Shown: piece after piece, positions 1 to 12,865 of the stretch
Layout: each line of letters starts with the position of its first letter
Numbering within the stretch: the stretch's first letter is position 1
Notes under the pieces: model-generated
Told to the model about the DNA's origin: nothing
Seen by the model: the letters and a program-made list of their open reading frames with translations, nothing else
Database searches by the model: none
Position numbers and translations under genes: made by a program
Source of the DNA: Octopus vulgaris
Lineage: Eukaryota
Length of the DNA: 64,000 bases
Assembly: GCA_951406725.2 (NCBI GenBank)
Contig: CATOCA020000001.1
Location: 10,850,001 to 10,914,000 of the forward strand
Direction of reading: 5' to 3'

Positions 1-690
1 TCCTCGTTTCCCAGAATATATTTCAGTTGGTTGTAAAGTATTCTAGTTGTTCACTGGCGGAAAGACTATGACCGCAGGCGTTTCGGTCATGATCATCCCG
101 TTGATTTATTTACATCGTAATGTGTTCTATTCTTTCCGTGGTTAAGACGGTAGGGTGGTAGACAATGGAATATCATTGTCTCAAATGCTTACGATAGGGC
201 TGATAGCGCAAATGTTCAAGTAATGGACATTCATTAGTCCTGAAACCTACATCTACAATAATTATTGTATGACATCACATGATGTGAATGTTAATTTTCA
301 TAGATCTCTCCGAAATATTAGTCCGACCTTACTATCAAGATGACGCATCAATTTATTAAATGACATCTAGGCCTGAATTATTCTGCTACTAGCAGAAGAA
401 TGAAAGCGATATATTCTACGTGGTTTACTCTCCATGTGTGTAACTTTCATGTACATGGGTTATCTCAAGTGCAGCATTCTCTGTATGGTTTAGGGGCGTC
501 CAGTTCACCCTGTGTAACTTGCCGGAGGTCTCACACAGCAGATGCAGGTATTAGAGGGTAAAGACGGTACTGAATCCCTAAGCTGTTCACGTGAGAATCC
601 GCATATCAATTTATTATTATTCCATATACAAACAACAGTTTATATTGTGTGAGTACGTTTGTGTATATATACATATATACATAATTAAGA

Positions 691-1395
691 TTTTGCTTAC
701 AAACTTTGTCTCCCTTTTCAGCTTCCTTTCAGCAACCATAACCATGTCTCAATATTACTATTTCCTGCAACTATCTTTGCCAATCTACCAGGGAAAAACA
801 TTCTCTTGTCAGTTAGATAATCTCTCTTCTTTTTTCTGGTTTTAATTTCATTTGGCTTTTTCCTTTCCTGTCTCCTACTGTAACTCTTGCAACTCATAAA
901 TTATATTCACTATTATATACATCAACTCTAGCTAACTCTACGGTACCTTCTGCTGATATTAAACCTCACCCACCTTCGTTATTCTAAGTAAATCTTGCTC
1001 TTCGTAATCGAGGCTGAAGTCCTCCATTCATATCGAATTCCTTCCTAGTTATTTTGTCAAGATTTGCAAATTGAGATCTTTTCCAATCAACAAAATCTGC
1101 TGAATACCGAAGTAACCATACTTCCCAAAGTTTTACAACCTTTTCTAGATTTAGAACACTAAGCTTTCCCTTTATTAGCTTCTTTTCCCTTCCGATGTAC
1201 TCCTTATCTATTTCCATTGTTAGGACACTCTCAGATTCTAATACTCCGAAGCACTTATGATTCTCTGCCTTCAGTGATTTTACTCTCTTGCTATCTGACA
1301 TTCACTGCTGACTATCTGTCCCCTTTTTATGACTTATGTGGCGCACATATCTATGCCAAATTCCTATATCTTTGCTGAAGAATCTTACAATTCTT
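691..1395 (-). mobile_element. Decayed R4/Dong-like non-LTR retrotransposon, RT C-terminal/thumb region (array copy 1)
   Basis: Minus-strand ORF 984..1301 contains LLRYSADFVDWKRSQFANLDKITRKEF..GGLQPR, matching the LLRYSA.FV.W...EL...DRKTRK..T..G.LHP pattern of REL-type R4-clade elements. Stops and frameshifts flank it. Confidence 0.75.
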
Positions 1396-1944
1396 GTTCC
1401 TATAGATATACACACTTCGTGTGAATATATATAGGAATATGCCACTGCATATATGTGTGTATATGTTAGTGCGTGTATGTATATATGTATGTCTGTATGC
1501 ATGTGTGCGTATACATTATCCCCTTAACCCCTAAGTCAAACACACCCTCACTATAAAAACTAATCTCCATATACTCTCATATGTTTCTCATTCGCCAAAT
1601 AATAGACTCTTCCAAGGCCTTCCAAATCTGATTCACTTTCTATTCAAAGATGCAACTGATAACTTCCATTATCCTTTGCCAGGGACTTTCCTGGAAACTT
1701 TACGAACTCCGATCACGAAAATACCCAACACATTTATCTGAGAATTCCATGGTTTCCCAAAAGACTGGTAACGAATAATATCCTCGATAAAGGATATAAT
1801 GCATTTCTGCATTTTCTTCTTCTTCTTTCTCCAATAACGGAATGATTTGCTTAGATGGAATTCTTTACTCAATAACATGCTTAGCTATTCTAGAAACCTC
1901 TATAAAAGACTTTGTGAATATTTGTAACCACTCTGCACAGTTCT

Positions 1945-2126
1945 TTTATTTGTTTCAGCCATTTCACTGCGGCAATGCTGGAGTCTTTTTAATCGAACAA
2001 ATGGACCTCGGGACTTATTATTTGTAAATCCAGTACTTATACTATAGTGTCCTTTTGCTAAACCGCTAAGTTAGGAGTACGTAAACTCACCAACACCGGT
2101 TGTCAAGCGATGGTGGCGGGACAAAC

Positions 2127-2159
<33 letters not shown>

Positions 2160-2325
2160 ACGACGGATGTCTTTCAGTTTCCGTCTCCCAAATCCACTAA
2201 CAAGGCTTAGGTCGGCCCGAGGCTATAGTAGAACGCATTTTCCCAGTGTGCCACGCAGTGGGACTGAACCCCGAACCATGTGATTGGTAAGCACGCTACT
2301 TACTAAACAGCCACTCCTGCACCTA
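1945..2325 (-). mobile_element. tRNA-derived SINE with internal (CA)n (family as at 63459)
   Basis: Reverse complement of the 63459-63880 element, e.g. 'gggactgaaccccgaaccatgtgattggtaagcacgctact...cagccactcctgcaccta'. Confidence 0.8.
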
Positions 2326-2896
2326 TACTTATATTATAAATTATAAAATGAATGTTCTTGATTAACGCTAAATATTTTTCTTGATCATTATCTGTTATAA
2401 TTTATGTCCCTCCGCTCAATGATCAACCACTTCATATCACCTTTGATACACAATTTCTGCACCACATTTTTCTGTTTCAACCGGTGTTTTAGTGGTAAAC
2501 CAAACTGAGCAATCACACCACATACGATCTTTTACATGATTTTCTTTTGTATCAACGCTAAGGTATAATATATACTTTTATGTGGCTTTGGGGAGTGGCA
2601 TGAAACGGATTTCTTCTATTTGTATGATTTCAATTACTTGTGTAACGAACAATTGCTTTAACGAACATGGCTCGGAAAGGATTATGTGTATATATAAAGA
2701 TGCCACTGGTTTGAGAAGTTTTGAGTCGAATTAATTCTGTACTTAATTTTTTAAGCCTGGTACTTATGTTATTGGCGTATTTTGGTGAACCGCTAAGTTA
2801 CCAGAACGTAAATACACCAACACAGGTCGTCAAGCGGTGGGACAAACACGGACACAAGGACACATACAGACTGATACATACAGATAGACATATATT

Positions 2897-3403
2897 GGCA
2901 TAGGAGTGGCCGTAGAGTAAGAAGCACAGGGTTCCGGGTTCAGTCCCACTGCGTGACACCTAGCATGAGTGTCTTCTAATTTAGCCGAGGGCCGACCAAA
3001 ACCAAGTGAGTGGATTTCATAGATGGAAACTCAAATAGGCCCGTCATATGTATGTGTCTATATTTGTCCCTACACCATCCCCTGACAACCGATGTTGGTG
3101 TGCTTACGTCCCTTTAACCTAGCGGTTCTGGAAAAGAGACCGATAGAATAAGTACAAGGCTTTAAATGATTAAGTCCTAGGGTCGATTTGTTCGACTAAA
3201 GGCGGAGCTCCAACATGGCCGCAGTCAAATGACTGAAAAAAGTAAAAGAATAGTCACGATGGGCTTCTTTCAGTTTCCATCTACAAAGTCCACTTATGAA
3301 GAGTCCAATGGCCACAGGAGAAGACATGTGCTTAGTGTGCCACGCAGTGGAACTGAACCCGAAACCAGATTTGGAAGCAAGCGTCTTACCAGACAGCCGC
3401 GCC
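2897..3403 (+). mobile_element. tRNA-derived SINE (+) followed by an inverted SINE head; paralogues at ~13447-13972, ~25848-26363, ~35864-36392, ~51266-51794
   Basis: Head 'ggcataggagtggccgtagagtaag...ccgggttcagtcccactgcgtg' and tail 'catggccgcagtcaaatgactgaaa..agtaaaaga', then the minus-strand head 'ccacgcagtggaactgaacccgaaacc'. Confidence 0.75.
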
Positions 3404-3849
3404 TAAACATGCCCCCCTACACAGATTCAATCCAAGGAAACACGCATAAAGATGAGACACTCTCCAAGCCGTTCACTTTATAATTTGCTAAAACCATTAA
3501 CATGGTGTCCATTAGTGACTAATGCTGTGTTTTTTTTTTATTTCTCCTACACATTGATTTCAAATTTTGGCACAACACCAGCAATTTCGGGAGAGGGAGT
3601 AAGTTGATTACATCGACCCCAGTACTTAACTGATATTGATTTCATCGACCCCGAAAGGATAAAAGGCAAAGACAACCTCGGCGGAATATTTCTACTTAAT
3701 ATTTAATATCATTACGTTCATGCATTTTTGAAATTGGGTGTTAAAACAGAAATTCTTCTATTTGGAGATGGTTCTCTTTGCCAATGAAGCACGCGCAATA
3801 TATATTTGATCTTCACTTTATTATTATTATTATTGTTGTTGTTGTTATT

Positions 3850-4265
3850 GGTACGCCGGGCTAAACGCTTAGAAGTATTTCGTTTCCCCGAAGGCGGCGA
3901 GCTGGCAGAAATGTTAGCACGTCGGGCGAAATGCTTTGCAGTATTTCGTCTGAGGTTACGTTCTGAGTTCAAATTCCGCCGAGGTCGACATTGCCTTTCA
4001 TCCTTTCGGGGACGATTAAATAAGTACCAGTTACGCACTGGTGTCGATATAATCGACTTATTCCGTTTGTCTGTCCATGTTTGTCCTCTCTGTGTTTAGC
4101 CCTTTGTGGGCAGTAAAGAAATAGGTATTTCGTCTCTCACTACGTTCTGAGTTCAAATTCCGCCGAGGTCGACTTTGCCTTTCATCCTTTCGGGGACGAT
4201 AAATTAAGTACCAGTTACACACTGGGATCGATGTAATGGACTTGTCCTTGGCTTCCAGTAGAAAG
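3850..4265 (+). mobile_element. Tandemly arranged SINE copies of a second family; paralogues at ~14401-14766, ~39968-40198, ~52238-52603
   Basis: 'ggcggcgagctggcagaaatgttagcacgtcgggcgaaatgc...gttctgagttcaaattccgccgaggtcgac.ttgcctttcatcctttcggggacgat.aaataagtaccag' has A/B-box-like motifs plus a central domain that recurs many times in the window. Confidence 0.75.
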
Positions 4266-4266
4266 G

Positions 4267-4353
<87 letters not shown>

Positions 4354-4357
4354 ATTA

Positions 4358-4388
<31 letters not shown>

Positions 4389-4410
4389 TTATTATTATTA
4401 TTATTATTAT
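4267..4410. repeat. (TTA)n microsatellite
   Basis: Direct reading of the sequence. Confidence 0.95.
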
Positions 4411-4925
4411 TCAGTAGTTTATTTATATAGCGTGCTTTCACTTCACTACCGAGCGCAGCTCTGTGTGCCTTGGGTATGTGCTGTGATTTGTTGTGATGCT
4501 CTGATGGTTATTGTATGGAAAGTGTTCTGCGTAGGATGTGTGCAGTGCCTAGTAGTGCAATTTTCTGTATGTTATATGTGTTTGTAAGTCCTGGTGTTTT
4601 TGTTATGTATTTGTCTGAATATTTTTTTATCATGCCTAATGCACCTACTATGATAGGAATTGTTTCTGTTTTCAAGTTCCACATTCTAGTTACCTCTATT
4701 TCCAGGTCTTTGTATTTTGAGAGTTTCTCCATTTCTTTTAGAGACACGTTGTCATCTGCCGGTATTGATACATCAATTAGAACGCATTTTTTTTCTTCAT
4801 GATCTCTGACAACTATATCTGGTCTGTTGGCCTTAATTTCTCTATCTGTGTGTATCGGCATATCCCAGAGTATGGTTGCTTTCTCGTTTTCTGTGACCTT
4901 TTCTGGTGTGTGCTTATACCATCTT
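4411..4925 (-). mobile_element. 5'-truncated R4/Dong-like LINE: restriction-like endonuclease (REL) domain plus 3' end
   Basis: ORF 4508..4861 reads ILWDMPIHTDREIKANRPDIVVRD...VLIDVSIP...KEMEKLSKYKDLEIEVTRMW..IPIIVGALG, with the PD..D and K..KY REL motifs. It is flanked on both sides by (TTA)n. Confidence 0.88.
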
Positions 4926-4929
4926 TTTT

Positions 4930-5057
<128 letters not shown>

Positions 5058-5058
<1 letters not shown>

Positions 5059-5272
5059 AGGCGGAGAGCTGGCAGAATCGTTAGCACGCCGGGCAAAATG
5101 CTTGGTGGTATTTCATCCATCATTAGTTTCTGAGTTCAAATACCCCTGAGGTCAACTTAGAATTTCATCACTTCGAGGTCTATAAATTAAATACCAGTTC
5201 TGTACTAGGGGTATGTAACCGACTAACTCACCCCCCAAAATATTTCAGGCCTTGTGCCTATAGTAGGAACGA
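5058..5272 (+). mobile_element. SINE (second family), diverged; paralogues at ~14795-15011, ~40487-40702, ~52672-52888
   Basis: 'ggcggagagctggcagaatcgttagcacgccgggcaaaatgcttgg...ttctgagttcaaat...gaggtcaactt'. Confidence 0.7.
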
Positions 5273-5331
5273 CTGTTATTATTGTTATTATTATTATTGT
5301 GATTGTGATTATTATTATTATTATTATTATT

Positions 5332-5793
5332 CTATGTTTGACTTTTGCTTTATGTCTGTACAAGTTGGCTCCAAGACTCACCCAGAGACCTCAAGAGACA
5401 ACATGTTGGAAGTTCTGAGCCATATATTTGGGTTTTTTTTTTGGTTTTTTGGTGTTGTACTAGTGAATGTCTAATACATAAAAAAATAATAATAAATAAA
5501 TAAATAAAAAGTTTGTTTTAAACCTTGGGATTACATAGAGAGTATTTTGAGTAGGATATGAGCAGTTCCCATGAGCACTATCTTTTGAATTTCTGCTATT
5601 TTGGGGTTTCCTGGTATCTGAGTTAGGTAGCAGTCAGCCCCTTTCGCTATCATTCCCAGGGCACCTATGACAACAGGTATTGTTTTAGTCTTCAGCTTCC
5701 ACATTTTGCTGATTTCTATTTCAAGATCTTTATATTTGCTCAGTTTTTGGTAGGTCTTCACATATACGTTTATATCGATTGGGACAGTCATAT
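5332..5793 (-). mobile_element. Second 5'-truncated R4/Dong-like REL fragment (different subfamily)
   Basis: ORF 5531..5791 reads IDMTVPIDINV..KTYQKLSKYKDLEIEISKMWKLKTKTIPVVIGALGMI...IQKIVLMGTAHIL. It is embedded in (TTA)n and its 3' UTR differs from 4411-4507. Confidence 0.85.
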
Positions 5794-5810
5794 CAATATT
5801 ATTATTATTA

Positions 5811-5850
<40 letters not shown>

Positions 5851-6295
5851 CATTATTATTATTATTATTATTATTATCATTAGTTTATTTAAATTCTTTC
5901 GTCTCACATATGATCTCCTGGGAGTCTCTCTGCTCCACCTGTTTCTTCTTATTCCGCTTATTCTCGATTAAAATATATTAAATGTCTACTTATCTACTGT
6001 TTGTCAACTGGATTGTTTATCAAATAATTTATACTCGGAACAATTGTACATATTTCCCTGGTTAAAACGGAATTTCCCACTTGGTGCAGCTACGTAATTT
6101 AGTAAGTGTTTGCAAGTGCTAAGAAACTTGGGAAGCGGATTTTGAACGAGGCAAATGTCTCGTTTGACAAATGCAAGTTGATTATTGCATCAAAAATTCG
6201 GGCAGGAAGTAGACGGAATGGTCAGCGAAGGTCGTTGGCGGGTGTTGAACCCCTTATTGGTGAGAGGAGGAAAAATGACGAATGAATACACGCAG

Positions 6296-6358
<63 letters not shown>

Positions 6359-6361
6359 GAT

Positions 6362-6393
<32 letters not shown>

Positions 6394-6618
6394 GGAGAGA
6401 GAGAGACTTTTATGGGGGCAACCAGATCGACCCATCTCAAGTGTAACTGCCCGAGATGGTCGTGACTTCTGGGACTTGACTGAGGAAAGAAAGCCACGAA
6501 AGAGCCGTCTTTTTTTGCCTGTCCTTCTAATCGTTGTTTCTCCTGCCCGCCTTTCTATCGTCTATCAGTCCGAATCTTTTATTGTCTTCTATTGCGTTTT
6601 TTTACCATTTTATATATG

Positions 6619-6665
<47 letters not shown>

Positions 6666-6821
6666 TATCTATCAATCTATTTATAGAAGTTTCTATTTGT
6701 TTATCTGTCTAATTATTATTCGATTTATCTATCTCTTTCTCTATTTCTTTCATTTTCTTTCCCTCTCTCTCTGTTCCACACATTCTTTTTCTCTCTCTTT
6801 TTCTCTCCTCCTGTCTTTCTC

Positions 6822-6859
<38 letters not shown>

Positions 6860-6984
6860 GCTGCTATTTTTAGTGTGCTGTTGCTGCTTGTAGGACCTTT
6901 AATTATTAATTAATGAGGCTTTACCTTATGGGATTGTTTTTATGCATGCTTGCCACCTGATATTATTGGAAGCAATAATATCCT

Positions 6985-7029
6985 TATATATATATATAGA
7001 TATATATATACATACATACATATATATAC

Positions 7030-7092
<63 letters not shown>

Positions 7093-7101
7093 CATATACA
7101 T

Positions 7102-7134
<33 letters not shown>

Positions 7135-7147
7135 CATGCATATAAAT

Positions 7148-7218
<71 letters not shown>
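6985..7218. repeat. Compound (TA)n/(CA)n/(TACA)n microsatellite
   Basis: Direct reading; source of several spurious low-complexity ORFs. Confidence 0.9.
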
Positions 7219-7221
<3 letters not shown>

Positions 7222-7271
7222 CTAATACACAGGTGTGTATAGAGGAATATATTATTAAACATGGTACGTGA

Positions 7272-7515
7272 CATATGTAGGTGTGACAGCAACCCAGGAA
7301 TCACTCTTATCTACTAGGCGTTTTACTGAAGCAACACCCACTGAATTCTCATGGATCCCCAAAACGATCTGAGCGTTACTCCTAAGAGATGCCTCTCGTC
7401 AGCTAACGATATGGCGTTGTATCATGTACTGATAGAAAGACTGACGCAGAAAATTACGGAGTTTGGTGTGGTGATACAAAGTCTGAGAACGAAGCCAACC
7501 TTAGGTACATATGTT
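7272..7515 (+). pseudogene. Highly decayed RTE-like reverse transcriptase relic (motifs around QG..LSPL and YADD); paralogues at ~17043-17280, ~26688-26935, ~36717-36965, ~42672-42912
   Basis: Peptide HPLNFFMDPEKDMSVTPKRCLLSANDMALYHVMIESLTQKIAEFGVGIQSLRTRPILG aligns by eye to the RTE pattern PLLFIIVMD...P.ELLYADDLAL.AESL.EL..K...W..GLES.GLRVNL. The catalytic YADD appears as SAND. Confidence 0.4.
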
Positions 7516-9615
7516 TGTTTGATTTTTTGTATTTTACTTAGGGTGTTGTGGTCGACGTTGTTGTTTGCCCTGATCGTAGTTTTGCAAAGTCATTCCAACT
7601 CTAGCCACCTAATTCTCTTGAATCATATAAGATTTTTGTCTCACGTCTCAGCTGCTATCCGAAAAGCATACACAATGAAATACCCGTTTGAAATAATTCT
7701 CTATTTTATTTAAAACGAGAGTGGCAGTAATTTTCCTTGATGTTTGTGATTGGCTGAAATTCTTTAATATCTGGAAAATAAATCTATTTTCCAGCTATTC
7801 ACCATTCCTACACGTCAAGTATTGAAATGGTGTCTGTGCAACATGAGATGAAGTGTTCTGCGCGCAATACACCTCCCGTTGCAGGATTTGAAATCACAAC
7901 CTTGTTATCGAGAGCAGCACCTTTAACCACGATGTTATGTATTCTCGACTTCTACTATATTACCAAAATGGTATTTTTCATATGTCCTGTCAACACCCAG
8001 AGAATATTCTTATCTACTTGACACATTTCTAAAACAAACGCCATTGTTTTTATCGATTATTGGGATGGCGATATCTGCTCAAAGACACGACCTCATCTCT
8101 CGAGTTACTAAAATGCAAACCCGACGAATTTCCCTCGTTTCCCAGAATATATTTCAGTTGGTTGTAAAGGATGCTTGTTGTTCACTGACGAGAAGACTAT
8201 GATCAGAGGCGTTTCCGTCATGATCATCCCGTCGATTTACATATATTACAATTGGTGTTGTGTTCTTTCCGTGGTTAAGACGGTAGGGTGTGAGACAAAG
8301 AATATCATTGTCTCAAATGCTTACGATAGGGCTGATAGCGCAAATATACAAGTAATGGACATTCATTAGTCCTGAAACCTACATCTACAATCATTATTGT
8401 AATACATCACATGATGTGGATGTTAATTTTCATAGATCTTTCCGATGTATAAGTTCGACCTTTCTATCAAGATGAACCATCAATATATTAAATGACATCT
8501 AGGACTTCCTTAGGGTCCGTCTACAATACCCACTCACAAGTCTTTGCTCGGACCGAGGCTATAGTATAAGAAACTTTCCCAGATTGCCATGCAGCGAGAT
8601 CAAACCTGGATCCAAGTGCTTGCGGAGCAAGTTTCTTACCACATAGCAACGCCTATGCATGTGTGTTTATGTATAAGTCTATGTATAGGATGAACAGGAC
8701 AAACAAATGTTTAACTAATAGTTTTTACATGCGTGTGACAACGTTATGGTTGCTTGGAACCAAATGCTCACCAACAAATGATCGTCGGGAACAACGTTAA
8801 AAGAAAAGTAACAAAAATTGATTTATCTATTCGCGTTCTGAGTTCTATCCTGTCGAACTCCCATTTGCCTTTCATTTCTCAGAGGTACTGAAGTCCAATT
8901 AGTCGACAGTCCACCTTCCCCACAAAACACAACTACTGGCATTCTACCTAAACCCGAAACCACTTTATAGGTGGCAATCTAGGATTTTAGGCCGAAGAAT
9001 TGCTACGCGGTGTCATATGTAATCATGTATGGTATATAAAGATGCACGAGGATATATATACATACACAAACACGCACAAATATGTGTGCGTGTATGAGTG
9101 TGTGTGCATATGAGTGTGTGTATGTATGTACGTTTGTATATATATAAATATGTATATATATATTTATATATGAATGTATTTGTGTGCGTGTGTATACATC
9201 TGTGTGTGTGAATACATGCACAAGTGTACGAGGCGAAACATTCACACACACACACACACGTATATATAGGCATATAAATACATATATATGTATTCATACG
9301 CATTTAGATATATACACACACATAAGCACACACATATATCAATGTGTATACTTTTTCTTTAATTCTTTTACTTGTTGAAGTCATTTGCCTGCGTCCATGC
9401 TGGAGCACAATATCATAAGCCTTTAAGCCCAATACATTGACATCAGGGATTATTCTTTGTAAGCCAAGTACTTATTTTATTGTCCGCTTTTGCCGAACCG
9501 CAATGTTAAGGAGGGGGCGTAAAAACCTGCTGTAAGTTATGAAAGGGTAACAAACATAGTCGCGAAGACAGACACACACATACACAAACAAACAAACTCA
9601 CACACACTTATGCAT

Positions 9616-9669
<54 letters not shown>

Positions 9670-11370
9670 CGAACTTCTTTCGGTTTTTTCGTCTACCAAA
9701 TCCACTCGTACGGCTTTGGTCAGCCCGAGGCTATAGTAGAAGACACTTTCCCAAATTGCCATGCAGTGAAACTGAACCTGGATCTATCTGCTTGCGAACC
9801 ATCTATCTTACCACATAGCCACGCCTATGCATGTGTGTTTATGTATAAGTCTTTATACAGGATGAACAAGACAAACAAATATTTAAATAATAATTCTGAC
9901 GTGCATGTAACAATGTTATGGTTGCTTGGAACCAAATGCTCACCGACAAATGATTGTCAGGAACAACATTATTCTATTAAGTTGCATAGTTATAGAATGA
10001 TAGAGAGAGAGGGAAAAATAAATCATATATACATGTGTGTGTAGATACAAATGTTAAATCTTAAAAGAAAAGTAACAAAAATTTATTTACCTTTATAAAG
10101 CCGACTCCAAATATTACTTCAGTTTCAAATTTTTTTACAGAAATTAAAAATCTTATCCACTTATCTGAATATTCTATTGCCTCATATAAATTTTTTGTCT
10201 CACCTTCCAGCTTCTATCCGAAATGCATACTGAATGAAATATCCTGTTGTAATAATTCTCTATATTTTTTAAACGAGAGTGGCAGTATTTTCCCTTGATG
10301 CATGTGATTGGCTGAAATACTTTAATATCCGGAAAATAAATCCATATTCCAGCTAGTCACCATTCCTACACGTCAAGTGTTGAAATGGTCGCTGTGTAAC
10401 ATAAGATGAAGTGTTCTGCGCACAATACACCACTCGTCCCAGGATCTGAAATCATGACCTTAATCACGATTTCATGTGTCCTCGACTTCAATTATATTAC
10501 CAAAATACTATTTTTCATATGTCCTGGCAACACCCAGAGAATATTATTATCTACCTGACGCTTTTCTAAAACAAACGCCATTGTTTTTATCGATTATTGG
10601 GATTGCGATATCTGCTCAAAGACACGACCTCATCTCTCTAGTTACTAAAATGCAAACCCAACCAATTTTCCTCGTTTCCCAGAATATATTTCAGTTGGTT
10701 GTAAAGTATTCTAGTTGTTCACTGGCGGAAAGACTATGACCACAGGCGTTTCGGTCATGATCATCCCGTTGATTTATTTACATCGCAATGTGTGTTCTAT
10801 TCTTTCCGTGGTTAAGACGGTAGGGTGTGAGACAATGGAATATCATTGTCTCAAATGCTTACGATAGGGCTGATAGCGCAAATGTTCAAGTAATGGACAT
10901 TCATTAGTCCTGAAACCTACATCTACAATAATTATTGTATGACATCACATGATGTGAATGTTAATTTTCATAGATCTCTCCGAAATATTAGTCCGGCCTT
11001 ACTATCAAGATGACGCATCAATTTATTAAATGACATCTAGGACTGAATTATTCTGCTACTAGCAGAAGAATGAAAGCGATATTCTACGTGGTTTACTCTC
11101 CGTGTGTGTATGGCATATTGTAACTTTCATGTTCATGGGTTATCTCAAGTGCAGCATTCTCTGTATGGTTTAGGGGCGTCCAGTTCACCCTGTGTAACTT
11201 GCCGGAGGTCTCACACAGCAGATGCAGGTATTAGAGGGTAAAGACGGTACTGAATCCCTAAGCTGTTCACGTGTGAATCCGCATATCAATTTATTATTAT
11301 TCCATATACAAACAACAGTTTAGATTGTGTGAGTACGTTTGTGTATATATACATATATACATAATTAAGA

Positions 11371-12072
11371 TTTTGCTTACAAACTTTGTCTCCCTTTTCA
11401 GCTTCCTTTCAGCAACCAAAACCATGTCTCAATATTACTATTTCCTGCAACTATCTTTGCCAATCTACCAGGGAAAATTCTCTTGTCAGTTAGATACTCT
11501 CTCTTCATTTTTCTGGTTTTAATTTCATTTGGCTTTTTCCTTTCCTCTCTCCTACTGTAACTGTTGCAACTCATAAATTATATTCACTATTATATACATC
11601 AACTCTAGCTAACTCTACGGTACCTTCTGCTGATATTAAACCTCACCCACCTTCGTTATTCTAAGTAAATCTTGCTCTTCGTAATCGAGGCTGAAGTCCT
11701 CCATTCATATCGAATTCCTTCCTAGTTATTTTGTCAAGATTTGCAAATTGAGATCTTTTCCAATCAACAAAATCTGCTGAATACCGAAGTAACCATACTT
11801 CCCAAAGTTTTACAACCTTTACTAGATTTAGAACACTAAGCTTTCCCTTTATTAGCTTCTTTTCCCTTCCGATGTACTCCTTATCTATTTCCATTGTTAG
11901 GACACTCTCAGATTCTAATACTCCGAAGCACTTATGATTCTCTGCCTTCAGTGATTTTACTCTCTTGCTATCTGACATTCACTGCTGACTATCTGTCCCC
12001 TTTTTATGACTTATGTGGCGCACATATCTATGCCAAATTCCTATATCTTTGCTGAAGAATCTTACAATTCTT
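11371..12072 (-). mobile_element. Decayed R4/Dong-like RT C-terminal fragment (array copy 2)
   Basis: ORF 11661..11978 differs from ORF 984..1301 at only one residue. Confidence 0.75.
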
Positions 12073-12831
12073 GTTCCTATAGATATACACACTTATGTGT
12101 GAATATATATAGGAATATGCCACTGCATATATGTGTGCATATGTTAGTGCGTGTATGTATATGTATCTCTCTCTCTATGCATGTGTGTGTATACATTCGT
12201 CCCCTTAACCCCTAAGTCAAACACATCCTCACTATAAAAACTAATCTCTATATACTCTCATATGTTTCTCATTCGCCAAATAATAGACTCTTCCAAGGCC
12301 TTCCAAATCTGATTCACTTTCTATTCAAAGATGCAACTGATAACTTCCATTATCCTTTGCCAGGGACTTTCCTAGAAACTTTACTAACTCTTCGATCACG
12401 AAAATACCAGACACATTTATCTGAGAATTCCATGGTTTCCCAAAAGACTGGTAACGAATAATATCCTCGATAAGGATATTATGCATTTCTGCATTTCTTC
12501 TTCTTTCTCCAATAACGGAATGATTTGCTCAGATGGAATTCTTTACTCAATAACATGCTTAGCTATTCTAGAAACAGCTCTAAGAGACTTTGTGCATATT
12601 TGTAACCACTCTGCACAGTTCTTTTATTTGTTTCAGCCATTTCACTGCGGCCATGCTGGAGTCTTTTTCGAACAATCGAACTTATTATTTGTAAACTTGT
12701 ACTTATTCTATAGTCTCCTTTGCTGAACCACTAATTTACATGGACGTAAACTCACCAACATCGGTTGTAAAGCGATGGTGGCGGGACAGACACGAGACAC
12801 ACTAAAAGGCTTGTCAGCCCGACTATAGTAG

Positions 12832-12865
<34 letters not shown>

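Noticed and set aside
10476-10739. 87-aa ORF repeated at 22159, 32136 and 47781
   Set aside because: Recurrence reflects recent duplication. Other paralogues (~8020, ~27445, ~37474) have a stop or different frame, and no protein motif is evident.
10829-10856. 10-bp hairpin tgagacaatg/cattgtctca in the 11-copy core module as a structured RNA or miRNA
   Set aside because: The stem is too short, and substitutions in other copies (8291, 22511, 29004, 37744) break pairing without compensation.
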